DNA from: Chloropicon primus
Taxonomy: Eukaryota
Direction of reading: 5' to 3'
NCBI GenBank assembly: GCA_023205875.1
Contig: CP060756.1
Location: forward strand, 992,001-1,056,000
DNA: 64,000 nucleotides
The position numbers and the translations under genes are program-made. Below are positions 32,601-43,820 of this stretch, piece after piece. The stretch's first letter is position 1; each line of letters opens with the position of its first letter. The notes under the pieces are model-generated. The model ran no database searches, was not told the origin of the DNA, and saw only the letters and a list, made by a program, of their open reading frames with translations.

Positions 32601-32801
32601 CAGTGGGCTTCGGGCGCGTCCTGGCAGGCCGTCCGCGGCAGCATCGACCTGGACGAGGGCGACATCGTGAAGATCCTGCACCGCACCCAGGACATGCTCA
32701 GGCAGCTCGGAGGCTTGAGCCTGGTGCCGAAGGAGCTGGCGAGGACGGCCAAGCTCGCCGCGGACAGCTTCCAGAGGTCGCCCCTCACCGACCTGTCGTA
32801 G
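29688..32801 (+). CDS. Ski2-like DExH RNA helicase, chloroplast ISE2-like
   Basis: APTGAGKT, YTTPIKALSNQK, DEVH, LSAT, HHAGLLP.WK..VE, GINMPA, QLAGRAGRRG, YGMVLNL and a DSHCT region with GDIV. Confidence 0.88.
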   Translation: MMVEVGRVGSRRCGSSLCGWTREWRVVRSRRRAGKERSLVCLEDARGRNEAVTRTRVLGNESVAGTGAVDTAGTTGDWDFFGFELDEFQTEAAQTIEEGGSVLVTAPTGAGKTAIAEIGVRSALDCGRRAIYTTPIKALSNQKYSELCEKFGNSVGLITGDAKIRPDADILVMTTEILRNILYCELNRGSPDGKDNTRLDFSRVQVIVLDEVHYLGDEERGTVWEEVIIYCGSEHLRHIQMISLSATLSNANEICSWMKQTRKQPTALVSCDSRPVPLTLHWTLYNAGKERTELEAVYSIDDSGNKVVASRYMKSLAGLKEPAPDFKTMLMILKQKKMLPAIWFIFKRSSCDFAARRAYKVLRNSNILNKRERTELFHMMSAIQDDHPESVKDDLVKPFLCGIASHHAGLLPAWKTLVEQAFRKGLIKLVFATHTLALGINMPAKTVVISDLEKRRGPYGRGVLTHNEIFQLAGRAGRRGFDSTGNCILMNSPNVSLSRVLRNLTGGPQPIDSSFHPGYGMVLNLINSLGIESARNMLRSSFKNFQCQLKADSVMAPSETQNDEVDLTSPEMNKLQQKREVQRYTLQMLLEQTLAARGAFVESFYEGQDQLPCLVAIDQGGKNIGQGDGSNLILSVLFQIELGGDSKRFLCLGDKSVFRVKSKEIAAVGEKIDGSNGDLLELVKRARELDLDSLAWKEGHGGSGFSSALHHERVLDLLQSNQKEQLAFVGVDSETERHIYRERAKLSAIQGELRALEDADLHREDAGIDESYGEIKAWLGQGGQKFAERFRVEEVKGELVSRYLIEDRMTSAVIEGEDVSLPRARRSCHERMLGLLKNSEAYERVVKEFDARVRVLCEMDALDAASMELKPLGRVAAQLKAENELWFAICATSPEIYMLSSKELAGFMCALITRESLRLHNHVECSLPATDRVYASLERLQPQWEKLVDVQIASGVDEAPFIDARLSGLAEQWASGASWQAVRGSIDLDEGDIVKILHRTQDMLRQLGGLSLVPKELARTAKLAADSFQRSPLTDLS

Positions 32802-32992
32802 AGCGAGACGGGGGAGCGGGGGAAGGGAGGCGCGCCGCGGGTGGGGTCTGATAAGGGGCAAAAGCAAGGGGCCTTTGCTTCATTCTTTTTGTAAATGAAA
32901 ATGGAAAGAAAAAAAAACATTTGTTTTTATTTTTCCTCGAGGGCACCACCTCTTGGAGGGTTTGTTGGAGCCCGAGGGCGACCCGGGTCCGC

Positions 32993-33676
32993 TCACAACT
33001 CGAGGTCGAAGACCTTGGAGGCGGTGATGCTTGGCATCTGCTTCAGGCCGCTGTCGCTGAGGGAGCTGGTGGCGCTGACCCTCAAGGCGCCTGGGCCTCC
33101 GATGGAGTGGTTGGTCCACTCGAGGGAGCCCTGGTTGGAGTGGGCGTCGTAATGCATGGACAGGGAGTTCTCGTCGTCCAAGTGGTGGTTGACCCTGGCG
33201 GCGAAGGCCTCCCTTCCGAAATCGTAGGATGGCTCGAAGGACCACTTGTCGTCGTGCCTGTAGTTGAGCTTGAGGTCGAACTGCTTGTAGTCAGGGGCGT
33301 CGAAGCCGTGCAAGTTCCAGCCGACGGTGGCGGAGGTCTTGTCGTCAATGTCGACCCTGCCCTGGAGGCGGTTGCCCTTGCCCTTCACGTCGTGGTGGTA
33401 CTTGAGAGCCACGTCCTTGTTCGCGACCCTCGCGTTGCTCAGGAACGTCAAGGAGGGCGAGTCGCTGCCGACGTCGTACTGGAAGGTGAAGTGGCCGTCC
33501 TTCCTCGCGGAAACGACGAGGCCGTCCGTGAGGCTCCCGTTGCCGCGCAAGCCCGCGTCGGACGCGCGGACCTGAACGGACAGGTCGTTGTGGTCGAACC
33601 TCGCGGACACTCCGGCGGAGACGTCGTCCTTTCCGGTGCCGGTCACATGAACGGTAGGCTTCAAATCAAACTTCAT
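32993..33676 (-). CDS. OEP24: Chloroplast outer envelope pore protein OEP24-like beta-barrel
   Basis: 227 aa of amphipathic beta-strands; FEPSYDF, LEW and the terminal P.ITASKVFDLEL resemble plant OEP24. Confidence 0.75.
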   Translation of the reverse strand: MKFDLKPTVHVTGTGKDDVSAGVSARFDHNDLSVQVRASDAGLRGNGSLTDGLVVSARKDGHFTFQYDVGSDSPSLTFLSNARVANKDVALKYHHDVKGKGNRLQGRVDIDDKTSATVGWNLHGFDAPDYKQFDLKLNYRHDDKWSFEPSYDFGREAFAARVNHHLDDENSLSMHYDAHSNQGSLEWTNHSIGGPGALRVSATSSLSDSGLKQMPSITASKVFDLEL

Positions 33677-34000
33677 CTTGTCTTGTTTTTTGGGTTTTTT
33701 GGGCGCAGTTGTGCTGTGTTACGAACCTTCCGGGGCTTCTTCTGCGCAAGCAAAAGGGAGGGAGGGGGGCGGGGGGAGTCAGTCCTGGGCCCTGAATGGC
33801 GGCATTGTGTCGCGGGGACCTCACCTTCGTTCGTCCGTCAGAGAGTGTGTGCTTTCGTCGCCGTCGTCGAGAAACGTTTTTGTCTTTGTGTCCTTATCCC
33901 AACGATAACGAATAACGATAATCTTATCTTAACTTATGACTTATGAGAGGCGGAGATGGGTTTTTCTACCTTCTCCACAAACGGGAAATTTCTGAAATTC

Positions 34001-34073
34001 GCCACGTCAGATCCAGAAAAATCCAACGTCCAATCAATGGAGGATCCTAAAACCTAAAACCTAAAAACCTAAA
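34001..34073. promoter_or_regulatory. Motif cluster upstream of OEP24: GCCACGTCA, CCAATC and telomere-like (CCTAAAA)x~4
   Basis: gccacgtcag at 34001; cctaaaa cctaaaa cctaaaaa cctaaa at 34046-34073. Confidence 0.45.
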
Positions 34074-34409
34074 TCGCCAACACCAACGCCGTAACGGCAC
34101 TCATTCCGCGACAACTCTCTCTCTCTCTCTGTGTTGCGTGTGTGTGTGTTGTGCCGATTCATTCATTACACAAAAAGGTTTACGCTTGTCCAATCGTCCT
34201 GCATGATCCTCCTCAAAGCCTCAAAGAAAGAAAGAAAAACCAATCTTGCCCTTGTTGCCTTCTGAAAAGAGAAGGGGAGGACATGGAGTGAAACGTCCCG
34301 GCCCGACCCCCTCCTCCCTTTCAAACCCCAAGTACAATCGATTTTTTTTCCCTAAACACAAAATTCTTTCTTCTTCTTCTTCTTCTTCTTCCTCCTCCTT
34401 TTCCTTTCC

Positions 34410-36368
34410 CTACGGGTTGGTGTACGCGTAGTAAACCCCGCCGGCCAGGCTGCCCACGATGGTGGCGACGCCCACGAGGGCGGGCACCACGTACGACTGG
34501 ACCGTCTTGTTGACGAGGGGCTTCTCAGGCTTGTGGTCGCTGGGCACGAAGACGATCTTCCCGTTCTTCTTCACCCTCTTGAGCTGGGGCTTGTCCTGCT
34601 GCTGCTGGCCTTGGCCCTCCTCCCGGGCCTCCCGGGCCTCCCCGGGCCTCTCCTCCTGCTCTCCTCCTGCTCTCCTCCTGCTCTGCTCCTCCCCCACCCT
34701 CCTCTCCTCCTTCTCCTCCTCCGCCTGCTCCTGCCTGGCCTCCTCCTCCCTCCTCCTCTGCTGCTTCCTGGCCTTCCTCTGCTGCTTCCTGGCCTTCTTC
34801 TGGGCCCTGGTGGCCGAGGAAGACTGGGACGACGAGTACACTTGGACCGGTGGCCTGCCCGCCGCCTTGGTGTTGTCGCTGATGATCTCCTGCACCACGC
34901 TGGGAAGCTCGAAGCCCGCGACGAGGGTCTCGTCGATCTCCAGCTTGCGCACGACCTTGGGGGGCGCGGCGGCCTTGGCCTTGACCCTCACCGCGACCTT
35001 GGCCTTGGGGGGAGCCTCCTGCTGCGGCTTCTCTTTGGGGGGCTCGGCCTCCTCTTGGGTCTCCTCCTCGACCTCGATCACGACGGGGGCCTTGGCCTTC
35101 TTGGACTCGATCCAGTCCTGGTTCGCCTCCTCCAGGAGGGCCGCCACGATGTCCTCCGGCCTCTGGGCGGCCTCCCTCCTGGCCTCCCTCTTCTTCGACT
35201 TCCCGGAGGACGCCGACGCGTTCAGCTCGCTCTCGATCTCCTCGATGCTGGCCTTCTTGTGCCTGTGCTTAACCATGTTCGACACGTACTTGTCCCTGTA
35301 CGACTTGTCGGCGTTCCACTTCTCCTTGAACCACGTCTCCACCGAGGACTTCCCAAGGGTGACGGCCTCCTCGAACTTCTCGCTCTCGATCAGCTTCTTG
35401 AGGTCCGACCTCGTCTGCCTGAACTTGGAGAACTCCGCGATGAGCTTCCTGGTCCTGGACCTCTCCTTCTTCACCCTCTCGTAGCACTCGTCGCTCGACG
35501 CCTTGAGCTCGTTCCTCTCCTTGATGAGCTCGGTCAGGCTCTCCGAGATCTTGTCCTCCTCCGCCTTGTGCTTCAGGAAGACTTCCCTGTGGCCGTTTTC
35601 CCGGAACTTGAGGATGTCCAGCTCGCTGTTCAGGACCTTGAGGTAGTCTCTGAACTCGTCGATCTCCTGCTTGGTCTCCGCCAGAGTCTCCTTGTTCGTG
35701 TCGTACTCCTTGATGCTGTCCTTCTGCAACTTCAGCTTCTTGATCTTCTTCACGAGGTCCTTCTCCTCGTTGAGCGTCATGCTGCCGTGAGCTATGCTGT
35801 GCTCCAGGGCCTCGATCCTGCTCATGAGCTCCTCCTCCGTCTTGCACTGCAGGTCTTTGCCAATGTCCCTCATCGCCCTCACTTGCTCCTGCTGAAGCTT
35901 GACCTTCTCTCTGTAAGGGGCGAGCTCCTCGATCTTCTCTCGGGACGCCGCGGAGCTCACCTTGAGCTTGTCCCTCGCAGCGTTCGTCCTCTGGTAAGCT
36001 CCCTCCTTCTCCACCCTCTTCACTCGGATGATGGCGTTCAGAGCGATCACCTGCTTGTTCAGGCCCTCGAGCTCGGCCTCCAAGGTCCTCTGCTTGGTGT
36101 TGTCCACGTCCACGCGAGGGATGCGGACTATCCACACGCCCTTCGCCTTGTCCGCCTCGGCCTCCGCAGTGGACCCAGCCTCCGAGCCCTTGGCGTCCGG
36201 GGACCCCTCCTTTGCTTCTCCCTCCTTCTCATCCTTCGCTTCCTTCTCCCCCTTGGACGCCACCTCAGTCGCCTCGTTGAGTTCTGCCTTCTTCTCCTTC
36301 GCCCCCTTGGTCTCCTCCAAGACCTCCTCGCTCCTCGGCGCAGGTTGCTCTAGCGTCTGCGTCGTCAT
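34410..36368 (-). CDS. Proton pump-interactor (PPI1/BIP131)-like coiled-coil, tail-anchored protein
   Basis: WIVRIPR, long coiled coil, IEALEHSIAHGSMTLNEEKDLVKKIKKL, and a single C-terminal TM segment. Confidence 0.7.
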   Translation of the reverse strand: MTTQTLEQPAPRSEEVLEETKGAKEKKAELNEATEVASKGEKEAKDEKEGEAKEGSPDAKGSEAGSTAEAEADKAKGVWIVRIPRVDVDNTKQRTLEAELEGLNKQVIALNAIIRVKRVEKEGAYQRTNAARDKLKVSSAASREKIEELAPYREKVKLQQEQVRAMRDIGKDLQCKTEEELMSRIEALEHSIAHGSMTLNEEKDLVKKIKKLKLQKDSIKEYDTNKETLAETKQEIDEFRDYLKVLNSELDILKFRENGHREVFLKHKAEEDKISESLTELIKERNELKASSDECYERVKKERSRTRKLIAEFSKFRQTRSDLKKLIESEKFEEAVTLGKSSVETWFKEKWNADKSYRDKYVSNMVKHRHKKASIEEIESELNASASSGKSKKREARREAAQRPEDIVAALLEEANQDWIESKKAKAPVVIEVEEETQEEAEPPKEKPQQEAPPKAKVAVRVKAKAAAPPKVVRKLEIDETLVAGFELPSVVQEIISDNTKAAGRPPVQVYSSSQSSSATRAQKKARKQQRKARKQQRRREEEARQEQAEEEKEERRVGEEQSRRRAGGEQEERPGEAREAREEGQGQQQQDKPQLKRVKKNGKIVFVPSDHKPEKPLVNKTVQSYVVPALVGVATIVGSLAGGVYYAYTNP

Positions 36369-36754
36369 GATGATGATCACGTCCTCGTCGTCGCCTTCTC
36401 CTCGAAGAAGACCACACCGCTTCCCTCTCCTCTCTCTCTCTCCCTCTCTCTCTCTTCCCTTCCCTCTCTGTCTGGCGTCGCGCGGAGACAGACCTTGGTT
36501 TCCACCTTGGACCAAAAAAATCGTACAGTAAAGAGGAATATAGGGGGACACCTGTGCATCAGAGGGACACCTGTGCACCCCAGAGGCGACGGTTGGGGAC
36601 CAGAGCAACGGGGACGAAGAGGACATGATGAACGGAGATCCCCAGCCCCGAGGGAGAGGAGGCGACGAGAACAAACCAACAAGGATTTTAATTATTTCTC
36701 CACCATATTTTTCGTTGCCGCTGCCGCTTGGTTTGGTTTGTTTAGGATTTAGGA

Positions 36755-38689
36755 TTAAGAGAGACCTACAATATCGCCCGTTTCGGTATCGATGTCGATG
36801 TCAAAGAAGCAAGGCCTCGTTGGGAGGCCGGGGATTGTTGGCATCTTTCCAAGGATCGGGAAGAGGAAGCCAGCGCCGACGCTCGCTCTCACATCGTCCA
36901 CCGAGATGGTGAAGTCGGTGGGAGCCCCCTTGAGCTTCGCGTTGTCGCTGAAGGAGTACTGGGTCTTGGCCATGCACATCGGGAGCTTGTCGAAGCCCTG
37001 CTTGGTGTACAGCTCGATCTTCTTCTCGGCCTCCTCGGAGTATTTGACGTCGCTGGCGTGGTAGATCTCCTTCGCGATGGTCCAGATCTTGGACTTGATT
37101 GGCAGGTCCAGGGGGTAGAGGAACTTGAAGTCCTTCTCAGGGGAGGAGCAGGCCTGCTGGACCGCCCCCGCAAGATCCAGGGCGCCGGCACCCCCGAGGG
37201 CGTGGTGGTTCGAAACCTGAACCGAGAACGCGCCAGCTTCCATGGATGCGCTTTTGATGACGTCCTGCTCCGCTTGCGTGTCCGAGGCAAAGGCGTTGAG
37301 GGCAACTACCACCGGGATTCCGAACTTCTTGATGTTGCCTATGTGCCTCATGAGATTCGAGCATCCGCTCCTCACGAGCTCGATGTCCTCGTTGAGGTAC
37401 TCGTCGGCCAAAGGCCTTCCCGCGACCACCTCCGGCCCGCCGCCGTGCATCTTGAGCGCCCTCACCGTGGCCACGATCACCGCGCAGTCTGGCTTGTAGC
37501 TGCTGTACCTGCACTTGATGTTGCAGAACTTCTCGAAGCCGATGTCTGCCCCAAACCCGGCCTCCGTTATCACGTAACCGCCGTCGCCCACGAGCTTGAG
37601 CGCGATCTGATCGGCGACGATGGAGGAGTTCCCGTGCGCGATGTTGGCAAAAGGACCGGCGTGCACCAGGACCGGCGTGGCCTCCAGTGTCTGCATCAGG
37701 GTCGGCTCAATCGCGTCCTTCATGAGGACCGTGAGGGCTCCCGCGATGTTCAGGTCCTCCGCGGTGACCGGGTTCCCGTCCATGTCGGAGGCAACCACCA
37801 TCCTCCCGAGCCTCTCCCTCATGTCCCCGAGCGAAGTGGTCAGGGCCAAGACCGCCATGATCTCGCTCGCCACCGTGATGTCGAACCCCGTCTCCCTGTT
37901 GTAGCCCTTCTCGGCAGGGCCCTGCCCGATTGTCACGGCCCGGAGGAACCTGTCGTTCGTGTCCAAGACCCTGCGCCAGGTCACGGTACTCTTGTCTATG
38001 TTCAGGCGGGCCGCCCTCGCCATGTCCTCCTGCGTGAACTCCTCGATGGGCTTGTCGCCCAGCCCGAGCCTCTCGAGCCTCATCTGCATGCTTTTGGACA
38101 CCACGCGCTTCCCCTTCTTCAGCGGCACGACCCTGTTGAACAGGGCCTCGTCCTTTTGGGTGGACTCGTGGAATATCCTCGTGTCAATCGCTGCCGCGAG
38201 CAAGTTGTTCGCGGCCGTGATCGCGTGGATGTCACCCGTCATGTGGAGGTTGAACTCCTCCATCGGGATCACTTGGGAGTACCCCCCGCCCGCAGCGCCG
38301 CCCTTGATCCCGAAGGTCGGGCCCTGGCTCGGCTGGCGCACGCACGCCACGACCTTGTTCTCGAGCTCGTCGTAGTGGGCGCCCAAGGCCTGGGCGAGCC
38401 CCACCGTCGTCGTCGACTTCCCCTCGCCCAAGGGCGTCGGAGTGATTCCCGTCACCACCACGTACTTTCCCTCCCCCTTCGACTCGTCCCCAACCCGGTT
38501 CTGATACGCCGACAGCTTCACCTTGGCCTTGCATTTGCCATAACAGTCGTACTCGCTCTCGTCCAAGCCCAACCCTCTGGCGATGATCCCAATGTTCACG
38601 GGACTCACGCTGTGCGCGCACGCGATATCACTCGGTACGGGCGACTCCGTCGCCAGCGCAACCCTTCCACCCTTCCCCGCCGTCCCCAT
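36755..38689 (-). CDS. fhs: Formate--tetrahydrofolate ligase (FTHFS)
   Basis: [60 protein letters not shown] and [10 protein letters not shown]. Confidence 0.97.
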   Translation of the reverse strand: MGTAGKGGRVALATESPVPSDIACAHSVSPVNIGIIARGLGLDESEYDCYGKCKAKVKLSAYQNRVGDESKGEGKYVVVTGITPTPLGEGKSTTTVGLAQALGAHYDELENKVVACVRQPSQGPTFGIKGGAAGGGYSQVIPMEEFNLHMTGDIHAITAANNLLAAAIDTRIFHESTQKDEALFNRVVPLKKGKRVVSKSMQMRLERLGLGDKPIEEFTQEDMARAARLNIDKSTVTWRRVLDTNDRFLRAVTIGQGPAEKGYNRETGFDITVASEIMAVLALTTSLGDMRERLGRMVVASDMDGNPVTAEDLNIAGALTVLMKDAIEPTLMQTLEATPVLVHAGPFANIAHGNSSIVADQIALKLVGDGGYVITEAGFGADIGFEKFCNIKCRYSSYKPDCAVIVATVRALKMHGGGPEVVAGRPLADEYLNEDIELVRSGCSNLMRHIGNIKKFGIPVVVALNAFASDTQAEQDVIKSASMEAGAFSVQVSNHHALGGAGALDLAGAVQQACSSPEKDFKFLYPLDLPIKSKIWTIAKEIYHASDVKYSEEAEKKIELYTKQGFDKLPMCMAKTQYSFSDNAKLKGAPTDFTISVDDVRASVGAGFLFPILGKMPTIPGLPTRPCFFDIDIDTETGDIVGLS

Positions 38690-39162
38690 CTTCAAGTCAA
38701 GGTCAAGAAGCCAAGTCAAGGTCAAGGTCAAGAAGCCAAGTCAAGTCCCACACCAACACCACCAGCTCCAGCGGCGTGATCCGGATCATCCCTTTGCTTT
38801 TGGAAATTCCCGCTCGGGCTCGAAAGATGAAGGTGAGGGAGAGGGAGAGGCATCTCTCTCATGTTTACAACCTTCCTCGTTCCTTTGGAATAGAATAGAA
38901 GAATAGAAGAAGTAGGAGGATCTTGATGGCCCTCCATTCCTCCTCCAAGAAGCTCCTTGGTTCTTCTCCTCTCTCTCTCTTATCTCCTCTATCGAACTCT
39001 ATCTGGTAATTCATGGTGGGAATTGATCGTCCGCGGTGTCGACTGGAGATACGGACCGCCCACAGCCACCTGGGGAGTCTGGGCAACAGCACCAGAGAGC
39101 AGCAACGCACAGAACCGGACGACGACGGACAACAGCACGACGCTAGCGCTGTCGAACGAAAG

Positions 39163-40552
39163 ATGAACGCATCCACCATGAAAGCCAACAAGGTAAGGAA
39201 CGGAAACGCGGCAAGACGGCGCTGGGGCGCTCTCGGACTGGGACGCGGGGCGAAGACGAGACAGCAGAGGGGTGGGGGGCTCTTCGGCTTGCCCGGTGCC
39301 GCGGAGGCGGCAAAGATTCGATCTTTCTTTGCCGCGGCGAGTGCGAGGGTTCGATCGGGGGGTGTTCTGGCGCTTCACGGGGAGGGAAGAGGCCAAGATC
39401 CTCGACGGCTACGAGGGTGACGCGCCTGGCTAACGAGCGTCTTCTTTCTTCCTTTGCATTTTTTCCGCGTTCTCTCAGCTGGGAGCCCGCAGAGGCGCAG
39501 TCAGGGCCGCTGCTTCCCGCCAGGTGACCAACGCCAAGGTCAAGGTCGCCATCAACGGTTTCGGACGTATCGGAAGAAACTTCTTGAGGTGCCTCGAGGG
39601 GCGCGAGAACTCCGAGCTCGAGGTCGTCGCCGTCAACGACAGCGGTGGAGTCAAGCAGGCGTCCCACCTCCTCAAGTACGACAGTACCTTGGGAGTCTTC
39701 GACGCCGATGTGCAGATCAAGGACGAGAACACCTTGAGCGTCAACGGAAAGGACATCACGGTCGTCTCCAGCAGGGACCCGCTCCAGCTTCCGTGGAAGG
39801 AAATGGGAATCGACATGGTCATCGAGGGGACGGGAGTCTTCTTGAACCGCTCAGGTGCTGGCAAGCACATCACCGCTGGGGCCAAGAAGGTCCTCATCAC
39901 TGCCCCTGCCAAGGGCGACGACATCCCGACCTACGTCGTTGGAGTCAACGAGGGAGACTTCGACCCAAAGGCCGACATCGTGTCCAACGCCTCGTGCACG
40001 ACCAACTGCCTTGCTCCTTTCGCCAAGGTCATCGAGGAGAAGTTCGGAGTCGTCAAGGGACTGATGACTACCACCCACTCGTACACGGGAGACCAGAGGC
40101 TCCTCGATGCCTCCCACAGGGACATGAGAAGAGCTAGGGCCGCTGCCCTGAACATTGTCCCCACCACCACAGGTGCCGCCAAGGCCGTTGCCCTGGTTGT
40201 TCCATCCCTCAAGGGCAAGCTCACCGGGATCGCTCTCCGCGTCCCAACCCCAAACGTCTCCGTCGTGGACTTGGTTGTCCAGGTCGAGAAGAAGACCTTC
40301 GCCGAGGAGGTCAACGCCGCCCTCAGGCAGGCCTGCGAGACCGACTTGAAGGGAGTCCTCGCCGTCTCCGACGAGCCTTTGGTGTCCTGCGACTACAGGT
40401 GCACCGATGTGTCCTCCACCATCGACTCCTCCCTCACCATGGTCATGGGAGACGACATGGTCAAGGTGGTGGCGTGGTACGACAACGAGTGGGGATACAG
40501 CCAGAGGGTCGTGGACCTCGCCGAGATCATGGCCACCAAGGGAGAGTTCTAA
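39163..40552 (+). CDS. gapA: Chloroplast NADP-GAPDH subunit A (intron 39193-39478)
   Basis: Short transit peptide, [44 protein letters not shown] and [11 protein letters not shown]; no GapB C-terminal extension. Confidence 0.95.
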
Positions 40553-40693
40553 GTGGATGGGCAACGCACAGATTCTTTAAGCGGAGCTTGCTGTGATTTG
40601 ATTGAACCGGATTGCGTTTGAAATAAAAGACACCAGTTTTGTTTTGATTTTTTTCTTCTCACCCTTCGGCTTGCACTACAACGACACATAACT

Positions 40694-41452
40694 TTAGACC
40701 TGCAGCGGGACTGGCACAGCAGTCGCGGCTGCGGCTCCGAGCAGCGGCTTCCCAAAGTCGTCGTGGACTGTGGGGTCCTTGACGTTGAACGTCTCCTTGT
40801 ACTTCTTCTGCAGGTCGCTGATCGAGCGCGTTGCTGAGCTTGGACCGTTCTGCTCGTAGGAGGAGAACTGGAAGTCTTGCTGGTTGGGAGGCAGTGGGGC
40901 GTACTCGTATTCGAACTCCTCGAACTCCTCGTGCGTCCCGATCTTCTCTCTGCCGCTGCAGCAGATCCTGACCGACCACGCCAGCAGGAAGTCTGTGACC
41001 TGAACGGAGAACAAGGTGACTGCGATGGCCATGGACCCCACGCGGTTTCCCTCTACCCAACGCAGGGCCGACGTCAGGTCTCCGTAAGGGTCCTTCCCTC
41101 CCAGGTCCTCCAGCGCGGTGCGGTCGACCAGGTAGATGCTCAGCAGGACCAACTCGAAGGAGACCACCAGTATCGTCAAGAGCGCGTGCAGGTCGAGGCA
41201 GAACCCCTTGCACTTGAGGGAACCGCACATGCCAAGGCACCCCGCCGCCAACATCACCGCTCCATACCCCGCCACAGCGCAAACGAACCAACTCCGAGCC
41301 GGCCGTTTCCAGTCCCCGGAACCGAAAACATCGTTCTGCTCCACGATCGTCGCCGCGAAAACCAGGGCCGCGAGGGCTGCCACGGTCTCGCACAAGGCCA
41401 TGAACCTCACGGTGTCGTCCACCAGAGTCCTCATGCAACTCTTCACCGTCAT
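40694..41452 (-). CDS. Tetraspanin-like TOM2A family membrane protein
   Basis: 4 TM segments; P..WF...AGYG...GC.G.CG...C, D..G motif and a terminal ...LQKKY as in plant TOM2A/TET18-20. Confidence 0.65.
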   Translation of the reverse strand: MTVKSCMRTLVDDTVRFMALCETVAALAALVFAATIVEQNDVFGSGDWKRPARSWFVCAVAGYGAVMLAAGCLGMCGSLKCKGFCLDLHALLTILVVSFELVLLSIYLVDRTALEDLGGKDPYGDLTSALRWVEGNRVGSMAIAVTLFSVQVTDFLLAWSVRICCSGREKIGTHEEFEEFEYEYAPLPPNQQDFQFSSYEQNGPSSATRSISDLQKKYKETFNVKDPTVHDDFGKPLLGAAAATAVPVPLQV

Positions 41453-41607
41453 GGCGATGGCGTCGTCGTCCTCTGTCTCCCTCTCCCCTCTTCCCTCCGT
41501 AACGCCAACGACGGACCCGATGGGGGGCGAGCTCAATCTCAATCTGTGTCTGAAGGTGCCGCGCGTTCTCTCGAGGGAAGTGTGGGTGGGTGGTGTCGTC
41601 GTGGGCG

Positions 41608-43751
41608 ATGGTGGGTGTGCGGGAGGTGAGGGGGGTGGGTCGGGCGTCCCCCCTCTCCCTCACGGGATGGCGAGGGGCCAGGCGAGGAAGGGGGACGAGG
41701 CGAGACGCTTTGAGGAAGAAGGAACCAAACCGAACCGGTGCCTGGACCTCGAGAGACAGTGAGGATCTGTACAATATGGACCAGTGGGCGGAAGGATATT
41801 ACGCGGTGGACCGGGGCGGCGACCTTGTCGTCAGGACGAGCGGAGGTAGGTCGATTTCGCTTCGAGTGCGAGCTTAATGCTCGTCCCTGGTGCTCCGCAA
41901 CCTCAAACTGATGTGTGTTCTCACTGGTTTGCTCTGCTGATGCTCGTCTCAGACGGCTGCGGGCCCTCCCACCGGATCGTGGACGTGGTGGACGCCTGCG
42001 TGGAGTCCGGCGCGACCTTCCCGCTTCTTCTGAACTTTCCTGACATAGCGAGGGACAGGATTCGCACGCAACACGCCTGCTTTGAGGAAGCCATCAACAG
42101 GTACAAGTATTCTGGGTCCTACTCCTGTGCTTTCCCGATAAAGGCGAACCATTCCGAGGAGGTCATCCGAACTGTGCTCTCCGTGGATAGCGACGACTCG
42201 CTCCGCTGCAGCTTGGAGGTCGGGTCCAAGCCGGAGCTGCTGATCGCACTGGCCCAGGCGTGCGCCTCCGGCGAGCCGAAGAGGGTCCAGATCATCTGCA
42301 ACGGTTTCAAGGACCGCAGTTACATCGAGCTCGCCTTGCTGGCACAAAAGTCCCTGGGCCTTAAAGTCATCCTCTGCGTGGACAGGTACGAGGAGGTCGG
42401 CCTGACGATGGATTGCTGCAAGGAACTTGGCATAAGCCCGAGCCTGGGGGTTCGGGCCAAACTGAACACGCGCCACGACGGCCACTGGGGAAGCAGTTCG
42501 GGTTACGTCTCAAAATTCGGTCTCTGCGTCAGAGAGCTCTTGCAATTGGTGAGGACGCTGGAGAAGGAGAGCATGCTGGGGTGCCTCCAGATGCTTCACT
42601 TTCACTTGGGCTCGCAAATTGACGAGATCTCCACCGTCAAGTCGGCGATGAGGGAAGCTTGCTCCTTGTACGGTGAGCTGCGCAAGCTGGGAGCGAAGTT
42701 GGACACTATGGATGTGGGGGGAGGCCTGGCCGTCACATATGACGGGGAGGAGGGGTCTTGGAGCCCCAAATACACCATGCAAAATTACGCCAATGACGTT
42801 GTTGCTGCAGTTAACGACATGTGCGTCCAGAGAGGTATCCCAGCCCCTTTGATTGTGACGGAGAGCGGGAGGTTCCTGGCCTCGCACCAGTCCCTTTTGG
42901 TTTTCGACGCTGGATACAAGACAGACGCAGTGGAATCAGCAAAAGGGGCTGTGGAGGACGGCAGCCCGATGTCTTACTTTTTCCAAACTTTCGAGGAGGT
43001 GTACAGAGACCTCACAACGTCAGGGAGCGACGTTGAGGAAGCCTACAACGACGCACTTCAGTTCAGGAAGGAGGCAGAGAGTGCCTTCTCTCTGGGGATC
43101 ATGACCCTGGAGGAGATGGCGTACGCCGAGGAGCTCTTTGGCGATATCATGAGGTTTGTGGCTCTGCGAGGAGAGGGGAGCCAGTTGGACGCGGCCAAAT
43201 TGTCGCAAGCGCTGCCCTACTTTGCGAATTTGTCCATCTTCAGATCCGCGATCGACTCTTGGGCGATCGGCCAGTCCTTCCCCGTGATGCCAGTCAGCAA
43301 GCTGCACCACAAGCCCAATGACTTTGCAAAGGTCTATGACTTGACATGCGACTCTGACGGAGAGATAAAGCACTTTGTGACTTCGAGGGGGGCCTTGAGC
43401 CCAGTCCTGCCGGTGCACTGCGATGGGAAGGGGTCCGCCACGCTCGCTTTGTTTTTGCTGGGAGCGTACCAGCAGTCCATGGGCAACTACCACAACTTGT
43501 TCGGAGAGACGTGCTCGGCTAATGTGACCTTCGCTGGTGACGGGGAGGACGGCGTCACAATATCGAGGCTGCAGTCCGCTGAGACTTCGGCTGAGATACT
43601 GCAGCGGGCGAGGTACGCCCCAGGTGAGATGAGAGAGGGGGTGGCTTCGGCAGCGAAGACGGCGTGTGGGGTGGGTGGGAAGCCTTCCAGGTTGCTGAGC
43701 CTCGTGGACGAGCTCCTGACTCAGTCGGGCTACCTCAATTCGACGACGTAA
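41608..43751 (+). CDS. ADC: Arginine decarboxylase (SpeA/ADC) (intron 41846-41952)
   Basis: WTSRDSEDLYNMDQWAEGYY N-terminus; FPIKAN (PLP Lys), LEVGSKPEL, CNGFKD, HFHLGSQI, DVGGGL, ESGR, DLTCDSDG and GAYQ..MG..HNLFG. Confidence 0.92.
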
Positions 43752-43820
43752 GTGTATTAGTACAAAGTTAAATTTTATTCATTATTGAGTACACAACAAT
43801 ATGGTACAGCTCCAAGGGCA

